The position numbers and the translations under genes are program-made. This document shows positions 1 to 8,788 of a DNA stretch of 28,675 nt, one piece after another. How positions within the stretch are numbered: the first letter of the stretch is position 1; every line of letters starts with the position of its first letter. The notes under the pieces are model-generated. The model saw only the letters and a program-made list of their open reading frames with translations. It was not told the DNA's origin and did no database searches. Source of the DNA: a virus (taxonomy: Duplodnaviria > Caudoviricetes); the IMG/VR virus record IMGVR_UViG_3300036815_000223, positions 1 to 28,675 of that record. One strand, given 5' to 3'.

Positions 1-342
1 GGAAGATATCAGGGTCCATTGACCGCTGGTGGCGGGGTTATTGTTAAGGTTGTTCGTGATGTTGCTAGCGTACAAGCCCCCCAGGTACGTGACCAGGATT
101 CCTTTCCCATAGGTGGTGGAGGATGACCACACCCCCTCATAGGGAACCACTCCCGACCCGACCACCGAATCAAGGATGGACATGTTGTTATTCATGTAGT
201 ACGCCCAGTTGTTATACCCCTGGGGAGGCTGGGCCAGGTTAAGGTTGGGGGTATAGGTGATGACCTGGGCCTGCGACACGGTGTTAGCAACCACCATAAG
301 CAACAATGAGAATAAAAATGCAAGAGACACGGCGCGCTTCAT
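1..342 (-). CDS. Tail-fibre/adhesin-like protein with N-terminal signal peptide (partial, runs off the left edge; not in the ORF track)
   Basis: ATG at 342 with AGGAG upstream; open to base 1. Translates as MKRAVSLAFLFSLLLMVVANTVSQA-QVITYTPNLNLAQPPQGYNNWAYYMNNNMSILDS...YEGVWSSSTTYGKGILVTYLGGLYAS...NPATSGQWTLI. Contains a fibre-anchor-like TPNLNL..P..G..W...N.N..ILD segment and a CBM5/12-like W...Y..G..V.Y.G..Y...W segment. Confidence 0.75.
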   Translation of the reverse strand, partial: MKRAVSLAFLFSLLLMVVANTVSQAQVITYTPNLNLAQPPQGYNNWAYYMNNNMSILDSVVGSGVVPYEGVWSSSTTYGKGILVTYLGGLYASNITNNLNNNPATSGQWTLISS

Positions 343-350
343 GTGATCTC

Positions 351-878
351 CTAGTTGTGGTGCGAGTGACAGTCCGCAGTGGTGGCCGCAGATGAAGCAG
401 CACCGCAGTTGAATGTGCACGTGAGTACGTACGGAAACGAGCTTGACGCCTTGGATGTTTGGCCAGACATAGACACAAACGTTCCGTTGGAAGTAGTAGG
501 CATACACTCTACCGTGTAGCTAGCGTCTGCGTACGCTACTGGCAAACTGATGCTGCCTGAGCATCCACTGTCTGTAGAGTTGGCCAGAGAGCACAAAGCG
601 GATGATGTCCAATCTTGATCTTGCACAGACGTTATGCACGGAACACTCACGAGTAGACCTGTGCCGTCTGTACCTGTACACGGGGCGCTGACAACACCGG
701 TATCCTTAAGCGTAGTGAACGCGCCTGTAGATGGGGTTGTAGCCCCCACGGGAGAGCTGTCGAGAAAGCTGTGGGTGATTACCGCCGAACGAATGGGCGT
801 AGCCGCAAGACCCGTGATGAGTCCAACGAGCACCGCGCCGAATAGGGCTAGCTTCATCTTTGTGCTGATGTTATTCAT
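351..878 (-). CDS. Secreted Ser/Thr/Cys-rich protein in the tail fibre region (175 aa)
   Basis: Start reassigned to ATG 878 (AAGGAG upstream, no overlap with the preceding gene). Signal-like MKLALFGAVLVGLITGLAA; 8 Cys; visibly lower GC than neighbours. Confidence 0.75.
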   Translation of the reverse strand: MNNISTKMKLALFGAVLVGLITGLAATPIRSAVITHSFLDSSPVGATTPSTGAFTTLKDTGVVSAPCTGTDGTGLLVSVPCITSVQDQDWTSSALCSLANSTDSGCSGSISLPVAYADASYTVECMPTTSNGTFVSMSGQTSKASSSFPYVLTCTFNCGAASSAATTADCHSHHN

Positions 879-888
879 ACGCGCTCCT

Positions 889-1494
889 TTAGTTAGAAAC
901 CATCGGGCCGGTGGCGCTGGCAATGACGGTGCCGAATGGTTGATGAACAACAAACTCCTGTCGGTTGACAACTGACGTGGTGGTGTCAATGTCACCCGGG
1001 GCGTTTACGTTTGTAGGCCAGGTGAATGTATGGCCACCGAAGGAGTCCTCAACGATGATGAAGACGATCTTCTGGCCCTTCCTCAGGTTGACAAGCGTGG
1101 AGCTTGTAACGTTGCCGGTCAGCTTGATTTGGAATACAACAAACACAGGGTTACCGGCGTTGCAGTCGAAGACCGGCGTGGCGCTGAAGGCTACGTCTAC
1201 CTCTACCGGCGCCCCACCCGATGACGCGAGCGCCGAGATCACCGCCTGGACCCTCGACACCTGGGTGGCTAGGTTACCGTCGTCCAGGAAGTCTAGGGAG
1301 AGGATGTTTTTGACCAGCTCCCCCAGGACCGCGGTTCCTACGGTTCCCTGTCGAAGGCACTTGTTAAGCCGGCGGCCGAGGGTAATCCCCGGCTGAAGTC
1401 CATCGATTTGGTACCCCGAGCCGGCGTAGGTTCCCTGGGTGTCCACATAAGCGCCCGGGTCAGTTGCTACCGGAAGAAAGTCATTCACCGCCAT
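889..1494 (-). CDS. Short tail fibre / fibre adaptor protein
   Basis: Follows the baseplate wedge genes. N-terminus MAVNDFLPVAT...LNKCLRQ...LDDG resembles the baseplate-anchoring domain of fibres in this phage type. C-terminal beta-rich domain (LTGNVT...GQ....I.ED..GG.T.TWP). Confidence 0.7.
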   Translation of the reverse strand: MAVNDFLPVATDPGAYVDTQGTYAGSGYQIDGLQPGITLGRRLNKCLRQGTVGTAVLGELVKNILSLDFLDDGNLATQVSRVQAVISALASSGGAPVEVDVAFSATPVFDCNAGNPVFVVFQIKLTGNVTSSTLVNLRKGQKIVFIIVEDSFGGHTFTWPTNVNAPGDIDTTTSVVNRQEFVVHQPFGTVIASATGPMVSN

Positions 1495-1506
1495 GTTAGC
1501 TCTCCG

Positions 1507-2094
1507 TTACACCACAAGATCTTCAACCATGTAACCCACGTCCAGACCCGAGATGGTTGAGCTCTCGACATCTAACCCGAATACCGGGGAACCCGTGGCC
1601 TGATAAAACCCGCACCCAACCCCCGCCGGCCGGAGCTCAATGTATCCGTTGATCAGCAGGGCTAGGGCCACCGTACCGAGATCGGTTGCCAGGATAATCA
1701 CCGCCATGGTCATATCCTGATAGTCCTGGATGAGGACCTCGAAGACATTCCCCTGGAACACCGAGGCCCAGATCGCGTACATCCCCGGCACCGTACCGTC
1801 CCAGTAGTTCGTGGCCACCACGGCCTTTAGGAGGGTCCGGTAGTCCGCATCTCCCAGCACGGTGATTCCCGAGGGTGGTAGGGGAGCCTTGAGGTTGCGG
1901 CTCGCCCCGATCCACTCCCCGAGGATGTCCAGCTGGTCTCCCACCGCCTGGTCGAGGTCGAACAGGAAGGGGAACCGACTGAGCTGAAAGATGCCATCGG
2001 CCATTGGCTTACACGTCAGGTTAATCATGGCCATGTACTTAGGCCGCTGATTATGCTGCGAGACGATCAGGCCGAGATAATCTGATACCGCCAT
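1507..2094 (-). CDS. Baseplate wedge protein, DUF2612-like (P2 gpI equivalent)
   Basis: Motifs FDLDQAVGDQLDILGEWIG.SR, L.DADYR.LLKA....NYWDGT, RPAGV and C-terminal FGLD...GLD.G; directly after baseplate J. Confidence 0.85.
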   Translation of the reverse strand: MAVSDYLGLIVSQHNQRPKYMAMINLTCKPMADGIFQLSRFPFLFDLDQAVGDQLDILGEWIGASRNLKAPLPPSGITVLGDADYRTLLKAVVATNYWDGTVPGMYAIWASVFQGNVFEVLIQDYQDMTMAVIILATDLGTVALALLINGYIELRPAGVGCGFYQATGSPVFGLDVESSTISGLDVGYMVEDLVV

Positions 2095-3275
2095 TAGACC
2101 ACCGTCAGAACAATGTTGGGGGTTGAGGTTATGGCCGCCGCGTTGAAGTCAATCGGCAGGTCCACGGTTCCGACCGGGGCGGGAGCGATCCCGATGGTCA
2201 GGGCGGTGATGTTATAGGTAAGCCCGTCGGGGCTGCCATACAGGTTTGCCGGCCCGAACATCTTCGTATAGTAGACATCCGTGCCGATGCCAAGGCTATT
2301 GATGAACGCCACGATCGCCGCGATGAGCTCATCCCCAATTGAGGACGTGTACCCCGTCAGGGGGTGAATCGTCAGGCTCACGTAGATCTGAACCTCGGCC
2401 AGCTCAAAGAAGGCGATGTTGATCGGTACCCCCGAGGGGTCCTCCACCTCAACCATCGTGGTTCCATAGGTTCCCGTACCTGGCGACTTCTTCGACTCGA
2501 TGGCCTGGGCAATTTCGGTGATGTCCCCACCCTCGACCACCGCGGCGATGCTATGGCTCGGTATCCCGTTGCCGTCGGTGGTGGCTCCCTGGTTCTCGTA
2601 TACCGTCGACCGTCCCACACCTGCCAGGTTAGCGATCACCGCGGCAATCGAGCTGAGCGGCGTCTGGGCAGGTAGCGCCGTGCTTTTCGCCTGTCGTTGA
2701 CGAAGGATGCCATCCTGCTCCACCGGGATGCCGGGAGTAGCGGCCGCGGAGTTGGTCACCGAGGCCCAACCCCGGGTCGGGGTATACCTGATCGTTACCG
2801 TGTTGATTGCCGCGGCGATGTTCCCCGGCTGCTGGGCCGTAGCCGTCACCGCGATCACCCCGGCGGGTGGGATCGTCACCAGAACCGGGAGGTTCCATAG
2901 GTTTCCATTCTGATCCTGAACCACGCAATTGTTGAGGGGTGTGCCGGCGGTGCCAAAGACGCTGACCACCACCGTGCTGTTAGTGGCCTGAATCCGCCGG
3001 AGGCCGTTGATGAGCACGATGGCGCTCAACCCCGCTCCCTGGGCGCCCAGGGGCCGCATGGAGTTGTAGGCGGCGATGTTCGCGTTGTTCTCGTCGTTGT
3101 AAGCCGTGGCTAGGACCACCAACCACTCGTAGTCCTGGCTGTCCGGGGTCAGCACCACGTCGCTACCGTAGATCGTGGTGAACGACTCGATCAGGCTGTT
3201 GAGGATAGCCTCAAAGTCTCCGGGTGAGATGGGGCCACTCGGCCCATAGGTTATCGCTAAGGTCGCAAGGGGCAC
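2094..3275 (-). CDS. Baseplate J/gp47 family protein
   Basis: 393 aa; A.G.GL......NGLRR, E.D..LR.RQ, YEN.....D.NGIP.HSI..VVEGG and K.PG.GTYG motifs; gene order. Confidence 0.9.
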   Translation of the reverse strand: MPLATLAITYGPSGPISPGDFEAILNSLIESFTTIYGSDVVLTPDSQDYEWLVVLATAYNDENNANIAAYNSMRPLGAQGAGLSAIVLINGLRRIQATNSTVVVSVFGTAGTPLNNCVVQDQNGNLWNLPVLVTIPPAGVIAVTATAQQPGNIAAAINTVTIRYTPTRGWASVTNSAAATPGIPVEQDGILRQRQAKSTALPAQTPLSSIAAVIANLAGVGRSTVYENQGATTDGNGIPSHSIAAVVEGGDITEIAQAIESKKSPGTGTYGTTMVEVEDPSGVPINIAFFELAEVQIYVSLTIHPLTGYTSSIGDELIAAIVAFINSLGIGTDVYYTKMFGPANLYGSPDGLTYNITALTIGIAPAPVGTVDLPIDFNAAAITSTPNIVLTVV

Positions 3276-3278
3276 CGT

Positions 3279-3683
3279 TTATCCTCCGTACTTCCGGCCA
3301 TAAGCGCTCTGGCCGTATCCGCCGATTGCGGAGATGTTTTGAAGGTTTACCGTTCCGTACACGGTGATCACCGTGGCCTGGTTGATGGTCAGGGTTCGGC
3401 TTCCGGGATCTAGGGTGCTGGAGTAATCGGTAAGGTCCACCACCCCCTGGACCCCCTTGATGGTTGACTTTATGATCTGGTCGTAGGCATCCTTATGGTT
3501 TCGTCCCACCACCTGGGTCAGCCATGGAACCCCTTTGGTGGTGTCCAGGAACCACTCCCCTAGAAGCAACCTCAGGGTGGTAAAGATAAGCTGAGCCACC
3601 GTCTGGGCGGAGTCTACCAGGTAATCCGATCCCCCGTGGCCGAAGGTGTAGTCGTTGTTCGGGTCGAGCTTTCTATATCTCAC
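3279..3683 (-). CDS. gp25/gpW-like baseplate wedge (sheath initiator) protein
   Basis: MRYRKLD...DY.FG, L.L..GEWFLD...G.PW, I..V.GV motifs; lies between spike and J. Confidence 0.8.
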   Translation of the reverse strand: MRYRKLDPNNDYTFGHGGSDYLVDSAQTVAQLIFTTLRLLLGEWFLDTTKGVPWLTQVVGRNHKDAYDQIIKSTIKGVQGVVDLTDYSSTLDPGSRTLTINQATVITVYGTVNLQNISAIGGYGQSAYGRKYGG

Positions 3684-4339
3684 GGTATGGGCACCCCCGT
3701 CTCACTACCACCCGTCTGCACCCCACCATGAACATGAGCATGGAGGGTGGTGGTAACGGCCGTTATTTCCTCGGTGGCCTCGATGGTTCCCGTGACCACC
3801 AGGTTACCCATGATGTTTACCCCTCCCGGCGCCTTAAGGTTGATCACCCCACCCGGGGCGAGCTCAAGGACGCAGGTTCCATCCTCGGTGCGGATTTGAA
3901 GGTTGGTGGTGCTTACACCTGACAATACCCTCGGCTGGCTTCGCGGACCCGGTAAGGCGAAGCCATCCGAAAGAAAGTCATCTGGCCGAAGTTCGGCAGG
4001 CAGCTGGACACCCCCATTGGCCCACCAGTTGTCGACACATCGGCTGGCAATCACCACCAACACCTCGTCCCCCTCGTTGAGCGGCCAGGTGATAGCGTAG
4101 CCGCCTCCCGAGGGGAACACCACCGGAACGTCCACCATCAGGGGGAGAGGACCCCAGGTGAACGTCCCATCCGCAGACCGCAAGCTAACCTTGATTACCG
4201 GCTGGCAGGTTACGGTCATCTGAGTTTCATCGTAGCTCTCCACCAGGCAGGGGACCGCCACCCACAGACCGGACTTCAGGCCATCCATGGCGACCCTAAC
4301 CGCCTCCTCGAGGTCTACCCCACGCTCTCGCTGGTCCAT
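3680..4339 (-). CDS. Baseplate central spike (Gp138/gpV-like)
   Basis: Start reassigned to ATG 4339 (TAATG overlap with the upstream stop). DVPVVFP.GGG....P...GDE OB-fold motif; C-terminal metal-binding H-x-H tip (HVHGGVQTG). Confidence 0.88.
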   Translation of the reverse strand: MDQRERGVDLEEAVRVAMDGLKSGLWVAVPCLVESYDETQMTVTCQPVIKVSLRSADGTFTWGPLPLMVDVPVVFPSGGGYAITWPLNEGDEVLVVIASRCVDNWWANGGVQLPAELRPDDFLSDGFALPGPRSQPRVLSGVSTTNLQIRTEDGTCVLELAPGGVINLKAPGGVNIMGNLVVTGTIEATEEITAVTTTLHAHVHGGVQTGGSETGVPIP

Positions 4340-5286
4340 TAGGCGGCACCTCCATAGGCGAGGACCGCCGACTCCTGCTGCGCGCTTGGGTCGATCGACA
4401 CGCAGGTGACCCGGGTATACCACTCGTTAGCTCGGGTGTCCCCATCATGCTCGGCCACTAGCACTCGGTAGATTCCATTCCCCGGTGGGATCGAGGCGAT
4501 GTAGCTCAGGGAGGTGTAGTTCGGGTATCCCTGCTCTAGGATCGTGGTCCGAACGATGTCCGCTGAATTTATCTGAACCCGTTGTCCCACGATGATGAGG
4601 GGATTCATCAGGACCCTCACCTCTACCCCCTGGTCGGTAGCCTCGGGCACCCCGATCATGCCGGTATCGCTGTTGATTACCACCACGTCCCCCGGCAGGT
4701 ACCCGGTCAGGGGAATGAATGTTAGCTGGCCATTCTGAATGCTCCATCGAGATCCCGAGCTCTTCGCCATGTCCCTCAGGTAGGACCGAGCCAGGCCGAA
4801 CAGGACCTTGCCCCGGGCCAGGATGCCACCGGTAGCCTGCAGGTACCCCACGGCGTTTGGGTCCTTAGGAGCGCCCAAGGCGGTGCAGATCGCGTTGAAC
4901 CGGTCGGCGTACGTGGTACCGGCCTTGAGGGTCATGTTGACCACCCCGAAGTTGTACAGTTCGTCGCCATCCGCGGCGTGGATCTCCAGGAAGTTGTCTA
5001 CGTTCTTTTCCCGACCATACTTGAACTGCTTGATGGTTCCCTGGAACACGGTAGCCAGCTGGCCCTGGTACCCCGCCTGGACGATGACCGTGGTAAACTC
5101 CCGAATAATCTCCGCGGTGGTTGAGGCCTTGAGGTTGTACACCCGGATGATGGCGGTGTTGGGGCTTTCCTGGTCGCTAGCCCTAACCGAAAAGGTAAAG
5201 TGAAGCTGGCTGAGGTCCTTAGACACCGTCTGGCTGGCTACCACCAGGCTAGCTGACCGGAGAAATTGGAAACCGGTATAGCTCAT
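4339..5286 (-). CDS. Baseplate hub protein (gpD/gp27-like)
   Basis: PN.A.I.VYNL, AGY......F.G.I, WSIQ.G, TGMIG.P motifs; 315 aa; upstream of the spike. Confidence 0.8.
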   Translation of the reverse strand: MSYTGFQFLRSASLVVASQTVSKDLSQLHFTFSVRASDQESPNTAIIRVYNLKASTTAEIIREFTTVIVQAGYQGQLATVFQGTIKQFKYGREKNVDNFLEIHAADGDELYNFGVVNMTLKAGTTYADRFNAICTALGAPKDPNAVGYLQATGGILARGKVLFGLARSYLRDMAKSSGSRWSIQNGQLTFIPLTGYLPGDVVVINSDTGMIGVPEATDQGVEVRVLMNPLIIVGQRVQINSADIVRTTILEQGYPNYTSLSYIASIPPGNGIYRVLVAEHDGDTRANEWYTRVTCVSIDPSAQQESAVLAYGGAA

Positions 5287-5600
5287 GAGGTGCCATCCGG
5301 CACGTAGTACAGGTGGCTCGTGCTCCCGAGGTTGGTAAAGCTTGGAAGGGCTAAGGTATCCGTGTCGGTCTGAACATATAGGGAACCCACGAACCCCAGG
5401 TAGCGGTAGGGTTTTAGGAGATCCCCGCCCGTGGTCATGTTTATCCCCGTGACCACGGGGTTATTGCCCTGATCGTTGATGTCCAGCAGCCAGATCTGAT
5501 CGATCTGTGACCAACGGACCAATAAGTTGTACACCGTGCCCGACAGGGAGATGGTCAGGGTCTGGGGCGTGGCTGCCAGGGGAACCTCAAAGGCAATCAT
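5283..5600 (-). CDS. Small baseplate protein (plug-like)
   Basis: 105 aa with W.LDI.D....P...GI....G.DLL..Y.YLG and LG....LYY; coupled to the hub gene. Confidence 0.7.
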   Translation of the reverse strand: MIAFEVPLAATPQTLTISLSGTVYNLLVRWSQIDQIWLLDINDQGNNPVVTGINMTTGGDLLKPYRYLGFVGSLYVQTDTDTLALPSFTNLGSTSHLYYVPDGTS

Positions 5601-6196
5601 TCGGCACCCCCATTAAAGTTCGTTCCCGGCTGAAGGTTAACCTGACCCTGGGGCACGGTGGGGGCGGTCTTCTGGGGAAGCGACTGCTGGCTCATGGCGC
5701 TGATCGTGGAGCTTGAGGTCAGGGCCATCAGGATCTCCACGAGCTCGATCGTGAGGTCCAGCACGTTCTCGGTTTCCTTATCGGTAACCACCCCCAGGCT
5801 CTTGATCGCCATGTTCTCGTAGGTCCGCTTGCCGGTCACCACCCGGAACAAGGTAGCGTTGGCCTTCAATTGAAGCATCTGGCCGTACAGGGTATTCAGG
5901 AAGCCGGGGTCCTGGGATGTGTTGTACTGGCTTCCGGGCGCCCAGGCGTAGGTCAGGTCCAGGTGGGCCGGCCGGTTGAAGATATGGTCGGAGATCACGC
6001 TACCCTGCTCTACCGGGTGCTCGGTGATCTCGCTTTCGTCGTGGTGCCGCTCGGTCAGCACCGCATCCGCGGTGATGATCCCTACCTGGCCCGAGGCCAC
6101 GAAGGCTCCGTTAACCACGCTTCCCTCGGGGTACGACATCCCCCGCCGCGTGAGGGCGGCCTGGAGGGCGACGATGGAGGTAGGGGTGGTGCTCAT
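5597..6196 (-). CDS. Tail tube initiator / Dit-like baseplate protein
   Basis: E.H......T.HPVE.G..ISDH....P and VVTG.R.Y.NM.I motifs; directly after the tape measure gene. Confidence 0.8.
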   Translation of the reverse strand: MSTTPTSIVALQAALTRRGMSYPEGSVVNGAFVASGQVGIITADAVLTERHHDESEITEHPVEQGSVISDHIFNRPAHLDLTYAWAPGSQYNTSQDPGFLNTLYGQMLQLKANATLFRVVTGKRTYENMAIKSLGVVTDKETENVLDLTIELVEILMALTSSSTISAMSQQSLPQKTAPTVPQGQVNLQPGTNFNGGAE

Positions 6197-8058
6197 GGGG
6201 TGGCCACCGCGCCGGCCAGGGCGCCGGGGGAGTCGATAACCCCCGAAAGGTTGCGGACCAGTGTCCGGTTAACTCCATCCTGTCGCTTCGCCGCCTCCCG
6301 TGCGGCCGCCTGGGGATCGCTAACGCCATGGATGTTGATCTCGGTCTTCTGGTCCAGGCTAACCGCCTTACGGAACAGGTCCGACTCCTCCTTACGCCTA
6401 GCGACCAGGCCCTTGTCTACCAGGTACGTACCGTTAGGCTGCCGAACCTTGTTGAACCGCTCGAACTGGGCTGCGGCGCCGGCGAAGTCCCCCGAGTTAA
6501 GCTTCTTCAGAAGGGTTGACTGGTTGAAGTTCCCTGCCCCGATATTGTACTCGAGGCTGGTCAGGGCGCTCAGCTGGTTGCTGTTCAGGGTCTGGTGGAC
6601 CTTGGTCAGGATGTTCCGGACATACTTCAGGACATCCTGGTGAAGCAGACGGTCGGCCCCCACCCGGTCGATGGAGGTCAGGTTCTCTCCCGCCTGGATG
6701 TGGTGGCCGTGGCCAATGGCCCAGCCGTTCACGTCCCAGTAGGGCTTGCCCCTGAAACCCTCGGACTTGGCGATAACCGCCTCCATGAAGGCCGAGGCCT
6801 GCAGGACGTTCGACTTAACCACCGCACCGGCCAGGTCCTTTGCCCCGAGGGACAGGGTCTTCAGCTTTTGGGTGTCGATGTCCAAGCCCAGGGGGTTACC
6901 GGTCAGGCCCGTAGCCAGGGCCTGCTTGAGGAAGCTTAAGGGGTGGGCCTTGGCCTCGGGCAGAACCGCCTTTACGTCGCTCTTGAGATCGCCTCCGACC
7001 TTCTTGGCCCCCTCCCACACGGCCTTAGCGGCGGCGCGCACCTTGTCGGGGTGGAGCTGCATCCATACCAGGGCGGACCCAATCGCGGCGACCACCAGGA
7101 CGGGCAGGGCTATGGCCCCTAACCCCGCGGCCCCGGCCGCCTCTGCGCCACCAGCGGCACCCTCCGCAGCCAAAGCACCTTCCCCCGCCGCAGCACCTCC
7201 ACCTAGGGGAACCTTCCCCCCTAAGCCAATGGTCTTAATGAGCCACCGACCCGCGGCTAGGGCTCGGTTGACCGAAAGGAGGGCCGCGGCCACGGCCAGG
7301 AGCCGGGTGGACCACCCATGGGTCTTGGCGTCCAAGGGTCCGAGCAGGCCGAGGAGCTTGTCGAACAGCCTTACGGCCCCATCCATCAGGGGAAGGAAGT
7401 CTCGGGCCAGGACCATCCCCAGGACCTCGAACCGTTCCTGGATCTTGCCGAGGTCGTTATGGAACTGCCGGCTTTGAGCGGCCAGCTTCTCGGGGTCCAG
7501 CCCGAAGGCCGAGGCCATCCGCTGCCGAGCGTCGATGCCCGCCTTTAGCTGGTCGAAGTTCTTGCTCAGCATGAAGAACGTCTGCTCGTCGATGCCGAAC
7601 ATCCCGGCGATCGCCGATCCCTGGTAGTAGGGCATGCGGCGGAGGACGTCCACCAGCTTCAGCAGGATCTGGAGCTTGTCCTGGTGGGGGTCGATCCCCA
7701 GGCCGGACAGCACCCCCTGGGTCCCGGGCTGCAGCCTCATGGCCGCGGCGAGGCCCTCCAGGGAGGAGGTGGCCTGCTCAGCGGTAAGGCCGATCTGCTT
7801 AGCCCCGAACTGGAAGGCCTGGAGGCCACCCACCGAGGTGCCGGTTCGCTGGCTGATGTAGTACAGGTTGGTGAGCTGGTCCGCGATGACAGTGACCGCG
7901 GCGGCAATCTCCAGGGAAGCGGCGGCTGCCTGAGCGCTCAGGTCGGTAAAGCGGGTGCCGACCTTCTTCCAGAAGCCGTCAAACCGCTTCCACTCCTGGT
8001 CATCGATCTTAAAACCAAGACCGATCAGGAACGAACGGAGGACATTTTTTTCGGCCAT
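6193..8058 (-). CDS. Tape measure protein with C-terminal GH24 (phage lysozyme-like) domain
   Basis: N-terminal FL..LGFKID, Ala/Gly-rich helical body, then EGFRGKPYWD...IGHG, LN.NQ..AL.S..YNIG.GNF..STLLKKLN.GD, GLV.RR..E..LF (about 6373-6780). Confidence 0.9.
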   Translation of the reverse strand: MAEKNVLRSFLIGLGFKIDDQEWKRFDGFWKKVGTRFTDLSAQAAAASLEIAAAVTVIADQLTNLYYISQRTGTSVGGLQAFQFGAKQIGLTAEQATSSLEGLAAAMRLQPGTQGVLSGLGIDPHQDKLQILLKLVDVLRRMPYYQGSAIAGMFGIDEQTFFMLSKNFDQLKAGIDARQRMASAFGLDPEKLAAQSRQFHNDLGKIQERFEVLGMVLARDFLPLMDGAVRLFDKLLGLLGPLDAKTHGWSTRLLAVAAALLSVNRALAAGRWLIKTIGLGGKVPLGGGAAAGEGALAAEGAAGGAEAAGAAGLGAIALPVLVVAAIGSALVWMQLHPDKVRAAAKAVWEGAKKVGGDLKSDVKAVLPEAKAHPLSFLKQALATGLTGNPLGLDIDTQKLKTLSLGAKDLAGAVVKSNVLQASAFMEAVIAKSEGFRGKPYWDVNGWAIGHGHHIQAGENLTSIDRVGADRLLHQDVLKYVRNILTKVHQTLNSNQLSALTSLEYNIGAGNFNQSTLLKKLNSGDFAGAAAQFERFNKVRQPNGTYLVDKGLVARRKEESDLFRKAVSLDQKTEINIHGVSDPQAAAREAAKRQDGVNRTLVRNLSGVIDSPGALAGAVATP

Positions 8059-8061
8059 CGC

Positions 8062-8295
8062 TTACCTCTTCTCCGTTGCGTCCATCATCCTTCGGTTGTT
8101 TTCGTCCTGGACGTCCAGGGCGTCATTTAGCCTTGCCAGGTCCTCCAGATCCACGGTACCATCCAGCAGGCTTTCGTACTTCAGGCACCCTGCCAGCACC
8201 GGTCTCATGACCCAATCTTCCTCGGTGGCCATGGACACCGGGGTAAAGTTAGCCGACCGGCCCCCGCCTAGCTGGCTGGGCCGCCACGAAAAAAA
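8062..8295 (-). CDS. Tail assembly chaperone C-terminal extension (gpGT-like, -1 frame), or a small separate gene from ATG 8232
   Basis: The -1 frame is open from the T7 run (8289-8295) to 8062, encoding DWVMRPVLAG...YESL.DGT.DL.D.A.LNDALD; lies between chaperone and tape measure. Confidence 0.75.
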   Translation of the reverse strand, partial: FFSWRPSQLGGGRSANFTPVSMATEEDWVMRPVLAGCLKYESLLDGTVDLEDLARLNDALDVQDENNRRMMDATEKR

Positions 8296-8732
8296 CCGCC
8301 GAGGTTCTCTTTGACAACCTCCATGGTCACTCGGAGAAGGTCCGGAAGCTCTAGGTTGGCGTCCATGATCAGTCCCTGGGAGTTTGCCATGGGAGCCCAC
8401 CCGCCGGTGCCGGCCTGCTCGGCGTAGCAGACCTTAAGGCAGGTCTTAACGATGTATTCAACATCCTCGTCGCTCATGGACGAGAGGGCCGCGCCGACCG
8501 ATCCGACCACCTCGCCAATCACCTCTTCGGCCATGGCGTCGGTAGCCTTGTCCTCGGTGGCGGACCCGGGGAGCATCCCCTGGATCTTGGGGGCTAGCTT
8601 GCTTAACCCCGCGATGCATGGCATCAGCTTTCGGGCGACGTGCAGCTGAGTGAGGGCCGGTAACCTTCCTACCTGGTAACGCCGTCCGTTGACCTCAACG
8701 ATGGTCCTTTCCATGGTAACTCTCCGGGTCAT
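8268..8732 (-). CDS. Tail assembly chaperone
   Basis: Between tube and tape measure; Y..G.L.A..Q.HVARKL.P; ends ENLGGFF at a slippery run. The true start may be ATG 8714. Confidence 0.8.
   Translation of the reverse strand: MTRRVTMERTIVEVNGRRYQVGRLPALTQLHVARKLMPCIAGLSKLAPKIQGMLPGSATEDKATDAMAEEVIGEVVGSVGAALSSMSDEDVEYIVKTCLKVCYAEQAGTGGWAPMANSQGLIMDANLELPDLLRVTMEVVKENLGGFFRGGPAS
8289..8295 (-). promoter_or_regulatory. Putative -1 ribosomal frameshift site (T TTT TTT)
   Basis: GGC GGT TTT TTT CGT near the chaperone's end; the -1 frame reads TTT TTT TCG TGG and stays open to 8062. Confidence 0.75.
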
Positions 8733-8739
8733 GATGTTG

Positions 8740-8779
8740 CCCTGATGGGGTCAGGGGTTATGCTCCGCCTTAGAGGCGG
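8740..8779. repeat. Two short hairpins downstream of the tube gene
   Basis: CCCTGA-tgggg-TCAGGG (8740-8756) and CCGCCT-tag-AGGCGG (8765-8779). Confidence 0.45.
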
Positions 8780-8788
8780 GTCAGAGGT

